From Eledone cirrhosa (taxonomy: Eukaryota), in contig OZ024758.1 in assembly GCA_964016885.1 (NCBI GenBank), positions 4,278,001-4,342,000 on the forward strand: a stretch of 64,000 nt of DNA, in the 5' to 3' direction. Of this stretch, positions 1 to 13,267 are shown piece after piece (position 1 is the first letter of the stretch; every line of letters starts with the position of its first letter). The notes below the pieces were generated by a model. The model was not told the origin of the DNA. It saw only the letters and a program-made list of their open reading frames with translations, and did no database searches. The position numbers and the translations under genes were made by a program.

Positions 1-518
1 ACAAACACACACACGCAAACATACTTATACATAAACCCATACTTATACACGAGATCATATATTCATATATACATACAAGTTTACGCAATTATTTCTATAT
101 TCATATATATATATATATATATTTATACGTATATGTGTGAATAACATCTTCGAATTCTGGTGTCTGCTTACGCAATGTGGTTCATTTAAACCAAATTGCT
201 GCTCCATTTTGCTGATAGCTATAGCACTTAACTATAAAATCGACATCCATCCCTGTGTAGTTGAAAAATAATTGCCACCTATATATGCATTTATTCAAAC
301 TCTACCTAAATACGTACAAGCTTACATAAAGACATTTCCATGCACACGTACATTGGTATGTTCGTGCATTCTCGTGCGTACAAACACATATATACACAAA
401 CACAGACACACATATGCATAGACACACATGCATAGGCACATACAGACACACATATATATAGATATTCATACATATATGTGTGCGTGAGTGTACGTATGTA
501 TTTGTAGGAACGAGCTGT

Positions 519-519
<1 letters not shown>

Positions 520-590
<71 letters not shown>
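520..590. repeat. (CA)n microsatellite
   Basis: Pure CA dinucleotide run. Confidence 0.95.
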
Positions 591-593
<3 letters not shown>

Positions 594-1521
594 ATTGCAA
601 ATATATAGATATATAAATATACAACCACTGAGGGATTGCGAGCTTTTGAAATTGCAGTTCTTACACGCGATTCTCTAACAACGTAATATCTATGCTGCAG
701 CGAGAACTTTTTGATATTCCAACTTTCTCTAATGATCTTTCTTCGCAATACACAGATAGCTTGTCTTTTCTTCCATCTTTGATTTGACACACACCATCCC
801 CTTCAGACACCCAACACAATATCCTACTCTTGCTTCAATTTCTTGTCATACGTATATTTTTTTTTTTTTTTTTTTAATGTATTTGTTTTTTCATCGACTA
901 ATTTATTCTCTTTACCTTTTTGCAACAAATGAGCGATTTTACCGCATCACGATCTCAGCTTTATGTCAGGATGACATTGGAGATCAAAGTTATAAGGACA
1001 AATTTTTACTTGGTTTCCAAGTTACTAATATACATTTGATAGGTTGTGCAAATCCCAGAAGTCAGACTTATTGAACAAGATCGAAATGCGTGTAGATGTG
1101 TAGGCTGGTAATTCCTTGTATAAATGTAACTATGTATGTATAAATGTATGTATGAATGTATGTATTTCGACAGATGAGGAAGGTAGCAAGTTTTATTTAT
1201 ATATATATATATACGTATATGTTTATAGCGTAAATCTAATAATATATTTCTTCATTGCATTGTGACGTTTGCTTTGTTATATTTATTCGCCATTTGCATA
1301 TTATATATATGTGAGACAAACCACAACAGAAACACAAACCCTCCATCTCGATTTTACTTGATAAAAACATAAAAACTGTGAAACCGGTAAAGCAAATTAA
1401 TCGATATTCTTTAAAGACTCCAGTTCCATTTTCAATTTGTTTTCCTTATATATATATATAAGGAAAACAAATGCAGTAAATGTTACATGGTGTTACTAGC
1501 TTCCCGTTTGGCGAGACAGGG

Positions 1522-1581
<60 letters not shown>

Positions 1582-1761
1582 GTGTTTATGTATAGATGTG
1601 TGTATGTATAGATGTGTGCATGTGTGCGTATCTGTGTGGATGCATGTATATTGGGATATATTTCCATGTAAGTTGGTGGGTCTGGACCACCATATATGTT
1701 ACGCCAAAAGTTATTTAAAACAAATTTCCTTGTTGCCTTTATAACATTCATTACTGATATA

Positions 1762-2200
1762 CGGATTGGCAGAGGGTCGGACGTCATGCTTTGCAGCATA
1801 GAGATACGGCCCTTTATGATCCGAGTTCAAATCCGGCCGAGGTTAATTTGCCTCGCTTCCTTACGGGGTCGATCAAATAAAGTACCAGTCACACACTGGA
1901 GTCTATTTAATCTAATTTACCTCCCCAAAATTGCTGGCCTTTTGCCTATATAAGAAACCATTATTACCGATATGAAGAAATTCAGTTTTGGGAAATATCG
2001 CGAGAGCCTTGGATCATGTACTTTTGGGGCATGTAGTTACGTCCCTTTACGTTCTGTTTTCAAGTACCGCCGAGGTTAGCTTTGCCTTTCCTTGTTACAG
2101 GGTGGATAAAGTAAAATACCAGTAATACACTAATGTCGATTTACTCGACTTACCCCTCCCACAACATTGCTGTCAATGTGCCTATATAAGAGACCATTAT
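1762..2200 (+). mobile_element. Two tandem copies of the major tRNA-derived SINE (about 1762-1965 and 2028-2200)
   Basis: Match the recurring consensus GGATTGGCAG..GAGTTCAAATCC.GCCGAGGTTAACTTTGCCTTTCATCC..GGGGTCGATAAAATAAAGTACCAGT..TTGCTGGCC..AGAAAC; pol III A/B-box-like head. Confidence 0.85.
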
Positions 2201-2235
2201 TTCTGATATGGTGTGTGTGTCATAGTGAGGGTAGC

Positions 2236-2270
<35 letters not shown>

Positions 2271-2329
2271 AATATATATATATATCCTTCAATTATATAT
2301 ATATATATATATATAATTGAAGGAATAAA

Positions 2330-2540
2330 GTTTTCTTGTATAGGGACAAGGCCAGCAACTATTCCGGGGGAAAAGTCGATCAAATCGAACCCAGTATGTT
2401 AATAGGGCTTTATTTTATCGACTTCGTAAAGATGAACGGTGAACCTAACCTGGGCGGGATTTGAACTCAGAACGAACAGTGCCGTACCTTTGCCGCTAAA
2501 CATGTCCAACGCTCTACCGATTCTGACAATCCACCGCCCT
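2330..2540 (-). mobile_element. Major SINE family copy
   Basis: Reverse complement of the consensus; near-duplicated flanks AATTGAAGGAATAA / AATTGAGAGAATAA. Confidence 0.85.
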
Positions 2541-2942
2541 AATTGAGAGAATAATACGATGTATCATTAATACATTTCTCAAAAGTGTTTTCTGACGCAT
2601 GTTGAATAGGTAGAAAAGAAATTGGAAACGGTTCACAGATTCATACAATCCTTCAGTTTATCGTTTAGCAGACCTTTGTCTTCTTCCAGAAATATTACAA
2701 TCACTGTCCTTTTAGAATGATATCTATCCGATCAGACATATTGCAAATCTGCCAGCTGAACAATCGATTATTCTTTTGCCAAAGACGTTACTACTCAACT
2801 AGAACCCAGCTATTTCTCTATGAACGTCATTTTGAAACATACATATATATATGTCTATTTTTTTTTTCTTTCACAATTCACGACTGTTTCCCGTAGAACA
2901 ATTATCTCTTTTCCAGATTGCAAATATTTTCTAAGACTCTTA

Positions 2943-3125
2943 GGGCGGTGAATTGGCAGTATCGGTAGAGGGCTGGACACTTTCTAGCATAGATACGTCC
3001 CTTTACAGTCGGAGTTCAAATCTCGCCAAAGTTAATTTTGCCTTTCATCCATACGGGGGTCGATAAAATAAAGTACCAGTAATGTACTGCGTATTTGCTG
3101 GCCTTGTGCCAAAAGTAGAACATTA
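2943..3125 (+). mobile_element. Major SINE family copy (short form)
   Basis: GGGCGGTGAATTGGCAGTATCGGTAGAG...GGAGTTCAAATC...GCCAAAAGTAGAAC. Confidence 0.9.
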
Positions 3126-3934
3126 TTTTCTAGAACTATGCCATAAAACGTCAGAGAACATGCATTGTTTAAAGTGTCATGCAAGAACTCTGATGTTACC
3201 GTAAATGCACCAATCTTATCACTTTAATCAATAGTGATAATACTTTCAATAATAAACAATGGGCATGAAGCCTTTGGCTATTAGACAACGTTTTGTATTC
3301 ATAGAGAGAATTAAATAAGCATTTTAATGTCTAGAACAATGTAGATCCCTGTAATGTTTCTTTGAAATCAAAATCAATTCTCAATCAACAGGATTGAAAT
3401 CTCTTATCCTTATACGTCATGTCTTTCCCTTTAGAGGTAACTCAATAATGAAATGTTATACAATTTGGATAAGTTAATGCTAGCAGCTTTATATTTGAGT
3501 AGAATAGGATGTAGTATGATGGCCTGGATTGGTTAATAATATAATAATCATGCAACTCTTTTCATTTAATTTAGCTTGCGTAGATAGCAGATGGATTGAA
3601 CAAATGGATAAGTTAGAATGGAATAATTAGATTATTGAATAACACAGAAAGACAGGTGTACCATCTGAAAATCAATTACAAGAACAAATATCCGAATTTA
3701 TCAATTAATCACACATGTAGTCAATTGTAATGATCCCATATCATTTAATAACTAGATATTCTTAATCAATTCAGGCAGTAATAACTAATTAATAAAAATT
3801 CATTAGTTGATTTCTATGATTACTAAGACTTCCCTTTCAATAAAGTCATTAAGATGATTTTCAGATAAATATGGCCACGTGGAAATATTCCCTACTTTTG
3901 ATATTTTGCTGGTTACATCAAAATATAGAACTCC

Positions 3935-4310
3935 GCAGAGACGTGTGTGGCTTGCAGATCCGGAGGCCCAAACTCAGGTAAACCCGATTCGAAGGCTGCC
4001 GATATGCAGCTGCATGTCTGCAAAAATTGGAGTAAGGCATTGAGAGCCACTCCTGGCAAGCCAGTGTGTTCCGTAGTGCTGTTGAGGACACTGTTGATGA
4101 GAATACAGCAACGTGTTACCAACGAAAGAAACGCCAGCAAAGCCAACGAGACCGGAGACCAAGGCTACCGTTTCTAACGGGCAAACTAACCTGCTGCTAT
4201 CCCAAAATGTCAAACATGACGTTGCATAGCTCCTTAGCTGCCACTCGGATACAAGTATCGAGGTCAGTGAGGAGAGCTGCGTGTCTGGATTTTGCCGGGG
4301 GGGGGGGAGC
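3935..4310 (-). mobile_element. Degraded non-LTR retrotransposon fragment, CRE-clade-like (region after the RT core)
   Basis: GC-rich island; minus strand reads LLTDLDTCIRVAAKELCNVMFDILG*QQVSLPVRNGSLGLRS, resembling the W.QA.LP.R.GGLG.RS motif of CRE-type elements; frameshifted. Confidence 0.6.
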
Positions 4311-6044
4311 GACATAGCGTATCACTCTCGTAACAGGAGGTGAGCCAAAGTATAACAATATATATTTTAACATGTTTGTAGATAAGAGAATTTGCAAATC
4401 AAATACAGAAACGAACATATATACATGACGAGTGTGCAGCTAAAAAACCCTGGGGTAAAAAGGTTCTCCAGTTAACCATATAAATGAGACAGACAGCCAG
4501 CCAGCCAGTCTGCCTCCGTGTTTTTCGTTTCTTTGACGTCGAAACACGGTAGTGAGTTCGTAGGTTCAGATCGATTACTAATTAATTCCTAAGCTATCCA
4601 TGTTTTCATTCAGTTTATCAACAGACATACAAACAAAGAATATTTAATTTCTTGTCTGGAGATGAATATACCGGATGACATTCATTTCCTGTAATGTCTT
4701 GTTTCACTTAGTTTAAACACAGATTGACGAAGCTAGCTGATGCCAGTGCTTATAGATTTAAGAAAATATGTAAATTTTTACACAGCTTTTTTTTTTCGTA
4801 GCTTCCGAATCAATACCGATTCAGTTGCTTGAAACATTTAAACCAAACAATTAAATTCTAATAAAAGTCTGAAGTTTGTTGTTTGCCATTAAACAAGACG
4901 TCATTCTAATGGAGTGTTGCGTTGAGTTTATTCAATCATACACCAAAGAATTACTTTATATTTATTCTCGAGATTCCAGCTAGATGCTCTCCACAATATT
5001 TCCATATGGGTTTAATACACAATCTCTGAATGATGGTCCATTCTCTTCTCGACCTGGATCATGAGTCGGACTGAATGTTTGACTTTATTCATGGTGGTGC
5101 CATATGATCTGTCAGTCTGTGTACTGTTAGAAAACACACACACTATTTATCTTCAATCGGAAACTTCACCTCGTACAACAATTCTTACATTTCTGGTCTT
5201 CTCTCTCACACACACACACACACGTCTATATCAAGTTCATTCACTATACGTACGACAATAAATAACAATATTCAATAAACATAACTTCATTAAATGTGGG
5301 TGGGCTAGACATTTAATTACCATATTAAATCAGCTCAATAAAATGAATATTTATAAATGTTGCACCAATTTTTAAAAAAATGTAAGTTACTAACGCAATA
5401 TTTTAAAATTCACAAGGGAACAACAATGAATTATTTCAAATAAATAATTAATCTCAATATGAATAGAAATTAGATAATGTTTCCCCAAATCATTTATGCA
5501 CCAATATAGTTGTTAATTATTGTATGATTAAACTATGTAATTCAGATTTTATGCTTGTGATGTCTGAATTTTACACTAGATTCTAATGTGATAATTTCAA
5601 ATTGAGAAGCTGTATATTTTACATATTCTACGTTCGACATAAACGATGTTTTTATTCAATTCTACAATGAATATATAATATTTAGCTTAAAGTATTTTAA
5701 ATCACATCTAACAATTTGAATAAATTAATGTATGGTTTTGAATATTTACTTAAACTTTATTCGATCGCATAATATAACACATAAATACTTAATCCATTCG
5801 ATATATATTGATTGATGGCTGTTACTGATTACTACATAATATCCTACACAGTATCGATATTACATGAAGGAAACAAGAGTATTCACCAAGCAAACCCACA
5901 GGTGGGCACTTTGAATTTTTTTTTTCAGGGCGCCATTTTACGAAATAACTACTTTCAACATTGTTTCCCTGTCTACCGTATAATTATGTTTGTGTTTAGC
6001 ATTATCTGCTTTTAGATATAAGTATTTTGTTAGAAATAAAATCC

Positions 6045-6170
6045 AGGTCTGAAAACATTAAAGACTGGACTGGTGACAACAGCGAGACACTTCTACGCAT
6101 GACGAAGAATAGAGACCAACGGCGACAACTGACTACAAATTCTTTGAGTAGCACACCATACAATGCCTCA
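6045..6170 (+). mobile_element. RTE-like LINE 3' end fragment
   Basis: ENIKDWTGDNSETLLRMTKNRDQRRQL resembles the RTE C-terminal DNIK.WTG...DR..WR pattern. Confidence 0.5.
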
Positions 6171-6173
6171 AAG

Positions 6174-6358
6174 GGCGGTGGATTGGCAGTATCGGTAGAG
6201 GGACGGACACCTTGCTTTGCAGCTTAGTGTTATGGCCCTTTAGCATCTGACTTGAAACCCCGCCGAGGTTAACTTTGCCTTTCATCCATACATGATCGAT
6301 AAAATGAAGTTCCAGTCATGCACTGGGTAATTGCTGGCCTTGTGACAAAAGTAGATAC

Positions 6359-6360
<2 letters not shown>
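6174..6360 (+). mobile_element. Major SINE family copy
   Basis: Near full-length consensus match ending at a (TA)n tract. Confidence 0.9.
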
Positions 6361-6402
<42 letters not shown>

Positions 6403-6403
<1 letters not shown>

Positions 6404-6697
6404 AACAATGAGTTTGTTGATTATTCAACAAAGTGAATTTTACAACAGATTAGGAGAACTTTACAGGTTTTATCTGGAGTATCATTAATATTAGCAATAT
6501 TAATAAATGGAAAATATCTTTACAAAACAAGTGGGCTTATACCATTAATATCACATGAAGGTATGTCACTATCTTAACATCTAATATTATATTTTATCTG
6601 ACGAAAGCGTACTAAAATGTTAGTACCCTTGAAATACGTATAATGAAATAAATATGGTTTTGTAAAGATGATATTTTTCATTTATTAATATTGCTAG
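6403..6697. mobile_element. TA-associated Penelope-like terminal element, family D
   Basis: Inverted arms about 6492-6528 / 6658-6696, tail to the left, internal hammerhead; homologous to 39597-39955. Confidence 0.65.
6590..6650 (+). ncRNA. Minimal type I hammerhead ribozyme (family D)
   Basis: TATTTTAT-CTGACGA-AAGCGTACTAA(AATG)TTAGTACCCTT-GAAA-TACGTA-TA-ATGAAATA: 8-bp helix I (one G.U), intact core, 10-bp helix II with one C.C mismatch, palindromic helix III, predicted AUA cleavage. Confidence 0.85.
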
Positions 6698-6715
6698 ATA
6701 CATACATATATATAT

Positions 6716-6820
6716 ATTTATTAAACTTTAATCTGTTATTTTAATAAATATTTGCTTGATATATATTTATCCTTACCAAACCCTCTTTGGATTTTAGTCT
6801 TCAAATTTATTATTATTACT
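6716..6820 (+). mobile_element. TA-associated element family B, truncated copy
   Basis: Shares ...CCCTCTTTGGATTTTAGTCTTCAAATTTATTATTATTACT terminus with 26690-26870, 32116-32147 and 50601-50830. Confidence 0.75.
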
Positions 6821-7779
6821 ATATATATATATAATGATTGTATTGTCACTACTTCTATGTTTGGTCCTTCACCGAAATATATCAATTAACATAGAAATGG
6901 TGAATAAATGTGTGAAAAGCAGATAAAAATGTACACTACATAAAACCACTTTATTTTGAACAAATTCTGTACTTCATAATCTGGATGTCGTAAACATGTA
7001 TTACTCTATGCAAACATACAGTCAGAACAGATAATTGTGTTGGCAGTTTCGAAAATGATTTGCATAGAAACGAAAATGGACGTAAGTAATCTGATTTTAA
7101 CTCAACGTTTCCCCAATTGTATTTGTAGTATATCATTATGAATTAGATATCTTATTTCATTAAATTCACTAATAGATATAATAGAGGTAAACAAAGATTT
7201 AAGTGTAAATTATATGCAATATTTTAACAACTCTTGTTTTATACTTCATAAATAATTTCCCTTAAATAACAAATAATACAAGAAAGAAGTACTATATTTT
7301 TACATTAGAAATTATCTTGTTGGAATTATCTTTCGAAAAGAGATTATATAATGAGATTGTAAATAAATTTAATCCATTTTCAAAAAATGCGGTGAAGCGC
7401 AACAGAATGGTGTAGTTTTTCTTATTTATTTTTTTTATTTTTTTTTTTCGTTTAATGTTTGGTGAAGAAATAATGAAGTCATCTAAGAAATGCTAGAGAT
7501 TTCTTGTAATCGTAGAGTTTCAGGTTGCAGGCATAACATTTATCAGCCATAAGAAACATTACAAATGATGAATAAAGAATAGTTGCGATTTGAAAATATT
7601 ATCAGTTTACTTGAATAAAATTAGTTGAAAAGTTTAATCTACTCTGCTGGTTACTGGTTCCTGGCATTAAATCAATAGATCATATTGAAAATATAATCAG
7701 AGAAAGATATAGAATGAATGGGAAAATAAGCTAATCACCATCATCATAATCAGCCTTCTATGCTGTCTTCTCCGTTTAT

Positions 7780-8100
7780 TTAACGCACTTATTCCTGGGA
7801 GATTCATGGTGTCAAAGACCGCAAACTCCAGCGGGTTGTGTCAGAATCAATCGTCTCCGATCGATACGGCTGAAGCCTCAAGCGCGATCAGCCGAGCTCA
7901 TGGGTATTATCCAACCATCTTCCTCAGGATTTACCCCTGGATTTCTTGCCTGTTGGTGTTGCCCGTAAAATATCTCCAGTGATTCTTTCCCGAGACCCTC
8001 CAACCACATTACCATAAGCATTGGAGTTGCCATATCTCATTTCGGAGAAGTAGCGTCTCAACCTGGAGCGACACTATTCTGAGTTAGGCACTCAAATAAC
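7780..8100 (-). mobile_element. RTE-clade LINE 3' fragment
   Basis: Minus strand RERITGDILRATPTGKKSRGKS*GRWLDNTHELG, a typical RTE C-terminal G.R.RGRP..RW.D motif. Confidence 0.7.
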
Positions 8101-9656
8101 GTTACTCCCAAAACCCTTCGAATTACAATTCATACACAAATAGTAGGGTTTTCATATAGAGACATCGGGGCAGCAAAAAAGCTTATCTGATCTTATACAC
8201 CTGCAAAACCTTCGAATGTACTCATATGACTTTTAGAGGTCGATAAAACAAGTGTAAACTTCGGAGTCATGCTGCAGTATGAATATTTGTCGGATGTACC
8301 CTGTCAAAGGAGAAAACCACATTGCGCATCAACAAACTTGGTTTCAACTCAGATATATCGATGGTATGTATGAAATAATCGAGTACAGTAATAGTTGTTT
8401 TTTTGTTAGATATAATATTCATTGCTATCTCTTCCAGTTAAATCATTGTTCGACATTATATTTCATGCACACTGCGTTTAAATAAAATATTCAAATTCAA
8501 CAACACCAGAAATATATTTAAATACACTTACATTATGCTACCCAACAAACGACTATATCGTATATTCATACCATACAATTTGCAGCTGCTCCGAGATAAA
8601 GATAATGTTATATTAGCCGTCAAGTATTTTGCAGCAAAATGTTAAACGCGCTTTAGTGTTTGCCTTTCTATTGGAGTAGATTAAGCTAAATATTTAATGA
8701 CTACTAAACACTGACTTAAAAAGTAGATAGATTCTCATTCTGATTGGGTCCGACACCGTAATGTAAAGTCAACGTTTCTAATAATGATTTGTAATATCCC
8801 ATATGTCCTAGATTTTTCTGATAACTTATTTATTTAAAAAAATAACGAAAAAAAAAAAAAAAAAAAACTGAATAAAAAATTAATGTTCAATGAGAACGAC
8901 TCTGCATCTGTATTATTGAAGAGAAATGCGAGCTTAATTACGTCCGATGCTATGAAATATTTCCATGTGAACGTATGCCAACATAATGAATGAGTTAAAA
9001 AAGAATATAAATGTAAAAGACATGTTCAGAAAGAGATATATCCTGAAGGGGAGGGGTGAAATGTGTAACTAATTAGTAAACAAAGAGACGTGTTTGTTGT
9101 CGAAGAGAAGCATTTGTCTAAATAGTTGTAGAAGATAATCGTTGAGGAAATAATTAGATAATCTGTGATGAATTATCTTTATATAATATTAAGAGTGATT
9201 TCGGAACATTGGAATGAGTTGGTTGTTGTGTAGTTGCACATAAATCATTGATGACAAGAAAGAAGCGAAATAACTTTGGCTATTTTAATAGTAAAGATGC
9301 CGCAGTTGATAGCTCACTTGCAGCTGTTGCTGCTATAGATGCAGTGATAAAAATGAGGAGGAGGATGTTTATGAGAAGGAAGTGGTGAGAAGGGAGGAGA
9401 ACACTAAAGTTGATAACTGATAGCATGAGACGCATATAGATGCATTTTGACAGAATATAAAAACATCAGTATGAAAAAAAATAATGGGGGGAAAAAAAGA
9501 AGAGGAAATGAAATCGACAAATAGAAACATCGTATAAAAATCCCACTGGATATCTTGAGAATTAGTAATGACTAAAAACAAAATCGCTAAATGGAAATGA
9601 GAAATGACATTATATGCTATTTGCAACGGATTCAAAATATATGTATATGAACAAAC

Positions 9657-9694
<38 letters not shown>

Positions 9695-9864
9695 GCGCCC
9701 ACACTCTCATAGTATACGTATATATATTTACACACACACACACACACATATATGTAAAGACGCCGACACACTCATAGTATACGTATATATACACACACAC
9801 ATATATAAGTCCTGGGTTCAAATATATATATATATATATTAGGTTCTATGGAAACATTCTAGTG

Positions 9865-10170
9865 TATGGAGCCGTAATTCCCCAGGGAATCGTAGGGACG
9901 CCGTGCTGACATACGGCATTTTTCGGGCACTTTCTTTAAATCTGACGGATCCCACCACCTGTCCTGGTCTGCTTACAGCAGATTTCTTCCAGGGAATAGA
10001 GGGGGCGAAAAATGGAAGTTAGCAAGAGACACAGAGGGAAACATCAACCCAAGTACAAGACAGGTACTTTATTTTTTTTACGGACCATAGATAAAAAAAA
10101 AAGACAATGCTACCCTCAGTTGGATTTGAACTCTTGGAGCGGAGAACCGAAACGAATACGGCAAAGTATT
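9865..10170 (-). mobile_element. Old long-bodied SINE variant
   Basis: SINE-like head (GGATTTGAACTC) plus a body alignable to 18540-18965 (e.g. AGATTTCTTCCAG.GAAT). Confidence 0.55.
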
Positions 10171-11835
10171 CGCTAGCTATAAGTTAAGAATCAGGTAAAT
10201 AAATCATTTGAAATTCTTAAACATGCAGATACATTCCATAAAGTAATGCAAAACATTGCCGATGCCTAATTGGTGTATTTAACATTTTAGCATCAGCACT
10301 GTATTCTCTAAATCTTTTCAAGGGAATCAAAATATTAGGCAAAAAAAGTAAAACTAGTATATTGAGAACATGCCGAATTATTTTAAAGAATTGCTCATTA
10401 TTTTATCACAGAAAGCAGAATTGGAAGTATGTGAGGGGTTGTGTCCCGTCTCTGACAGCCATTCATATTGACAATAAAATTCACTTCATATCTGAAAAAA
10501 CGTACGTTTCATTTCAAAGGAATAACATAAATGCAGATTTAAAATGAACTAAAACCCAATCGTATTTTATTTCCAATTGGAAAGGATACAATTTCCTAAT
10601 CGAAACGAATGGTGTAATGGGAAAGGATGGTTTGATAGATTTGAATTTGAGTACATTTGATGGGAAATAAATTCTCACAGAATTTCACATAAAATAGCAA
10701 TCCCATGGTTTGTCTAAGGTAATACTGTTTTATTTTTCGCTTTATAAATGTCCGTATAAATTGTACAACGTTTCCTCAAAAACAAATTCTACAACACGAA
10801 TAACGAATCAAGCTATTCTGTTAATTTTTTTTCCCCCTTTGAATAAAAGATTTCACTTTTTAAATGCATTTCTTTTTGGATTTCATGAAATTGAATGTAA
10901 ACTCTCGAGAAATATGGCATGGAAAAAAAATTAACGTGCTAATGTAAAATAATGAATTTTTTAAAATAATTTTCCGTATTTTTTGTGATGTGCCTCTTAT
11001 ATTTAATATGAAATAAATTTAATTTCCTAAATCTATAAGGTTTGAAGTAACAAAAGACAGCAAACAATGCACATTTTATGATCTATCAAATTCCTAAGCA
11101 AATGAAATACTGGCCATAAATCTTAAATTACAGTTATTTAATTTTAGAACAAAAAATAAAATAAAACAGAAATAAAATGTTCTACCTATAGCGTTTCTAT
11201 CACACCTTGGGAAAGTAAATAAATGTGTGCGTGGCTATTAAATTATAAAATGCTCTGAAAAAAAGAGAAGCATCGTTAAAAAAAATGTTGTTGATATTTT
11301 CGTTACTTGAAACAAGCAAAATCTTAAAATTTTTAATATATATCTCACATTATTTCCTTGTTCGTCGTGATAATTTCTTAAATGATGTAGTAGTAGGAAG
11401 ATAGGAAGGTGGTTTCGTCTACCACACATCTTTTTGAAACACTATTGCTATAAATGTACCTAGAGTCAGTAAAATAATAGGAAAAATTTCTATTCGATGC
11501 GCAAATATGTCATACTCTTTTAACGATATTTATTTCTAAATTGAATGCAGGAATTAGTAGCTGTAAGGTATTGTCACTACCGACACCCACAAAATGTTTA
11601 ACGATATATTTTCTATATTCCAATTTCCTAGCGTCAATGGAGATAATTACAAGTTGTCGAAATCCCCAAAATGTAAATACCAATAAAAATGTTCAATAAT
11701 ATTGGAAATATATACATCATCGATTGCCTGTTAAGGAATAACAGCAATCCACACTATGTAAGAATATACATGCAAATACACGATACCTATACCGAAAAAA
11801 AAAACAGACGCACATATATATATACATATATATAT

Positions 11836-12206
11836 TGTTGCAAAATGCTGTCCACAACTTCAACATGGCTCCGTCAGCAGCTGGAAAAGCGCTGCAAGCC
11901 TGCCCAGCTAGTCAACTGGCTTTAGAATGAAAGAAATAGACTCACCAGGCTGGATGTGTTGTGTAAGGTTAATCTTCGGCGCCCGGGTTCACCTCGCCCG
12001 ATCCCTCTATCAATCTCACACCAACTCTCTTTATTGGCAGCTACGTGATTGCTCGTTTTTTCTCGCTTTCTTTTTCAGATCTTCAGTCCTGGGGAACAGT
12101 GTTTCGAATTCGAGTGATATCATTTGCAGCATATAATTGACTTTACAATCTCCTTCGTAATCCTAACCCCTCCATAGACATCTGTCGACCCGAACAAAAG
12201 TACACA
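11836..12206 (-). mobile_element. Possible solo LTR
   Basis: GC-richer block bounded by TGT...ACA with ATAT on both sides; AATAAA on the minus strand near 12030. Alternative right end at 12483. Confidence 0.35.
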
Positions 12207-12622
12207 ATATTTATAAATATTTATTAATCATTTAGGAAACAATTCTTGAACATATAGGGGTTTTTCCGTTGCCGCTTCTGGGGACGTTATTCTTCCCTAC
12301 TGTGTCTAGAATACAAGCCAAAATGCTAGTGTGTAAAAGATAGAAATATATATCTCTTGATTATTACTGGAATTCTATAAGAATCCAGCTTATATAATTT
12401 TCGGTGGAAGCAGGGCATGAACGCCAACCAGCGTGAAACTGTCATCTTCTCTCCCTTCTTTCGCCGAAAAGAAGTAAGCGACATAGTCACTACTTTAAAA
12501 CAGATAGTGTATGGTCTTCAAAATGTTTTTAATTAAACATACGGTATATTGCCAAATATACTATACATATATTCATGTATTAATCGCTATTTCAGAGCAC
12601 CAATCCAAATACCATATATTTA

Positions 12623-12798
12623 CGAGGGCAATCCCAAAAGTAAGGTTTCCTTCCGATATTGCAACTTTTCCGTTAAAATCCTGTGGATGATGCTTCGGGA
12701 AACCTCAGGAACAAAAATGCAGAGAGCATCCAGAGTGATCCGCCGATCTTTGCGCATGTGTTCCTCGGAAGGAGACCTTACTTTTGGGATTGCCCTCG
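12623..12798. mobile_element. Mariner-type MITE
   Basis: About 34-bp TIRs CGAGGGCAATCCCAAAAGTAAGGT(T/C)TCCTTCCGA, with TA on both sides. Confidence 0.9.
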
Positions 12799-12800
12799 TA

Positions 12801-13016
12801 TATAATAACTGCGCTAAATTCGCACTTGGCGGTAACGTTCAACGGGAGCTCCATTCTCAACGGCTGCCAAGCCAAGATTGAGCATCCCAGCGAAGCGCGC
12901 CAATGCTTGTTTGGGAGTGAAGGAAGCACCAACCAGAACAGTGTTGCCAACAGCTGTACGAACAGTTTCTATGCGCCCCCATCGCTTTGGAGACCTTACT
13001 TTTGGAATTACCCTCA
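12801..13016 (-). mobile_element. 5' end of a mariner element (TIR plus transposase start)
   Basis: Related TIR TGAGGGTAATTCCAAAAGTAAGGTCTCC at the right end; minus strand MELPLNVTAKCEFSAVI resembles mariner N-terminal CE.R.VIRFL. Confidence 0.75.
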
Positions 13017-13267
13017 TATATATATACATACACATGTATTTGTACTCTTGTCAGAGGCAAATAGTTATTTGCTCAATAACAATCTATCGACAATCTGTAT
13101 GGTCTTCATAAAATATTGATCACTACATTTTAATCAAAGTCTGTGACGCAACAGAAGGAGCATAAACAATGAAAATAATCTACTTTTCTGTGTTGTATAC
13201 AGACAACATGATACTATTGATTAATAGGGAGAAGGAAATTATCACGTGATTATCAACATTCACATAT

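Noticed and set aside
9280-9440. Pro/Ala-rich minus-strand exon candidate
   Set aside because: The frame breaks at the A5 run near 9350 and hits stops; no recognisable protein.
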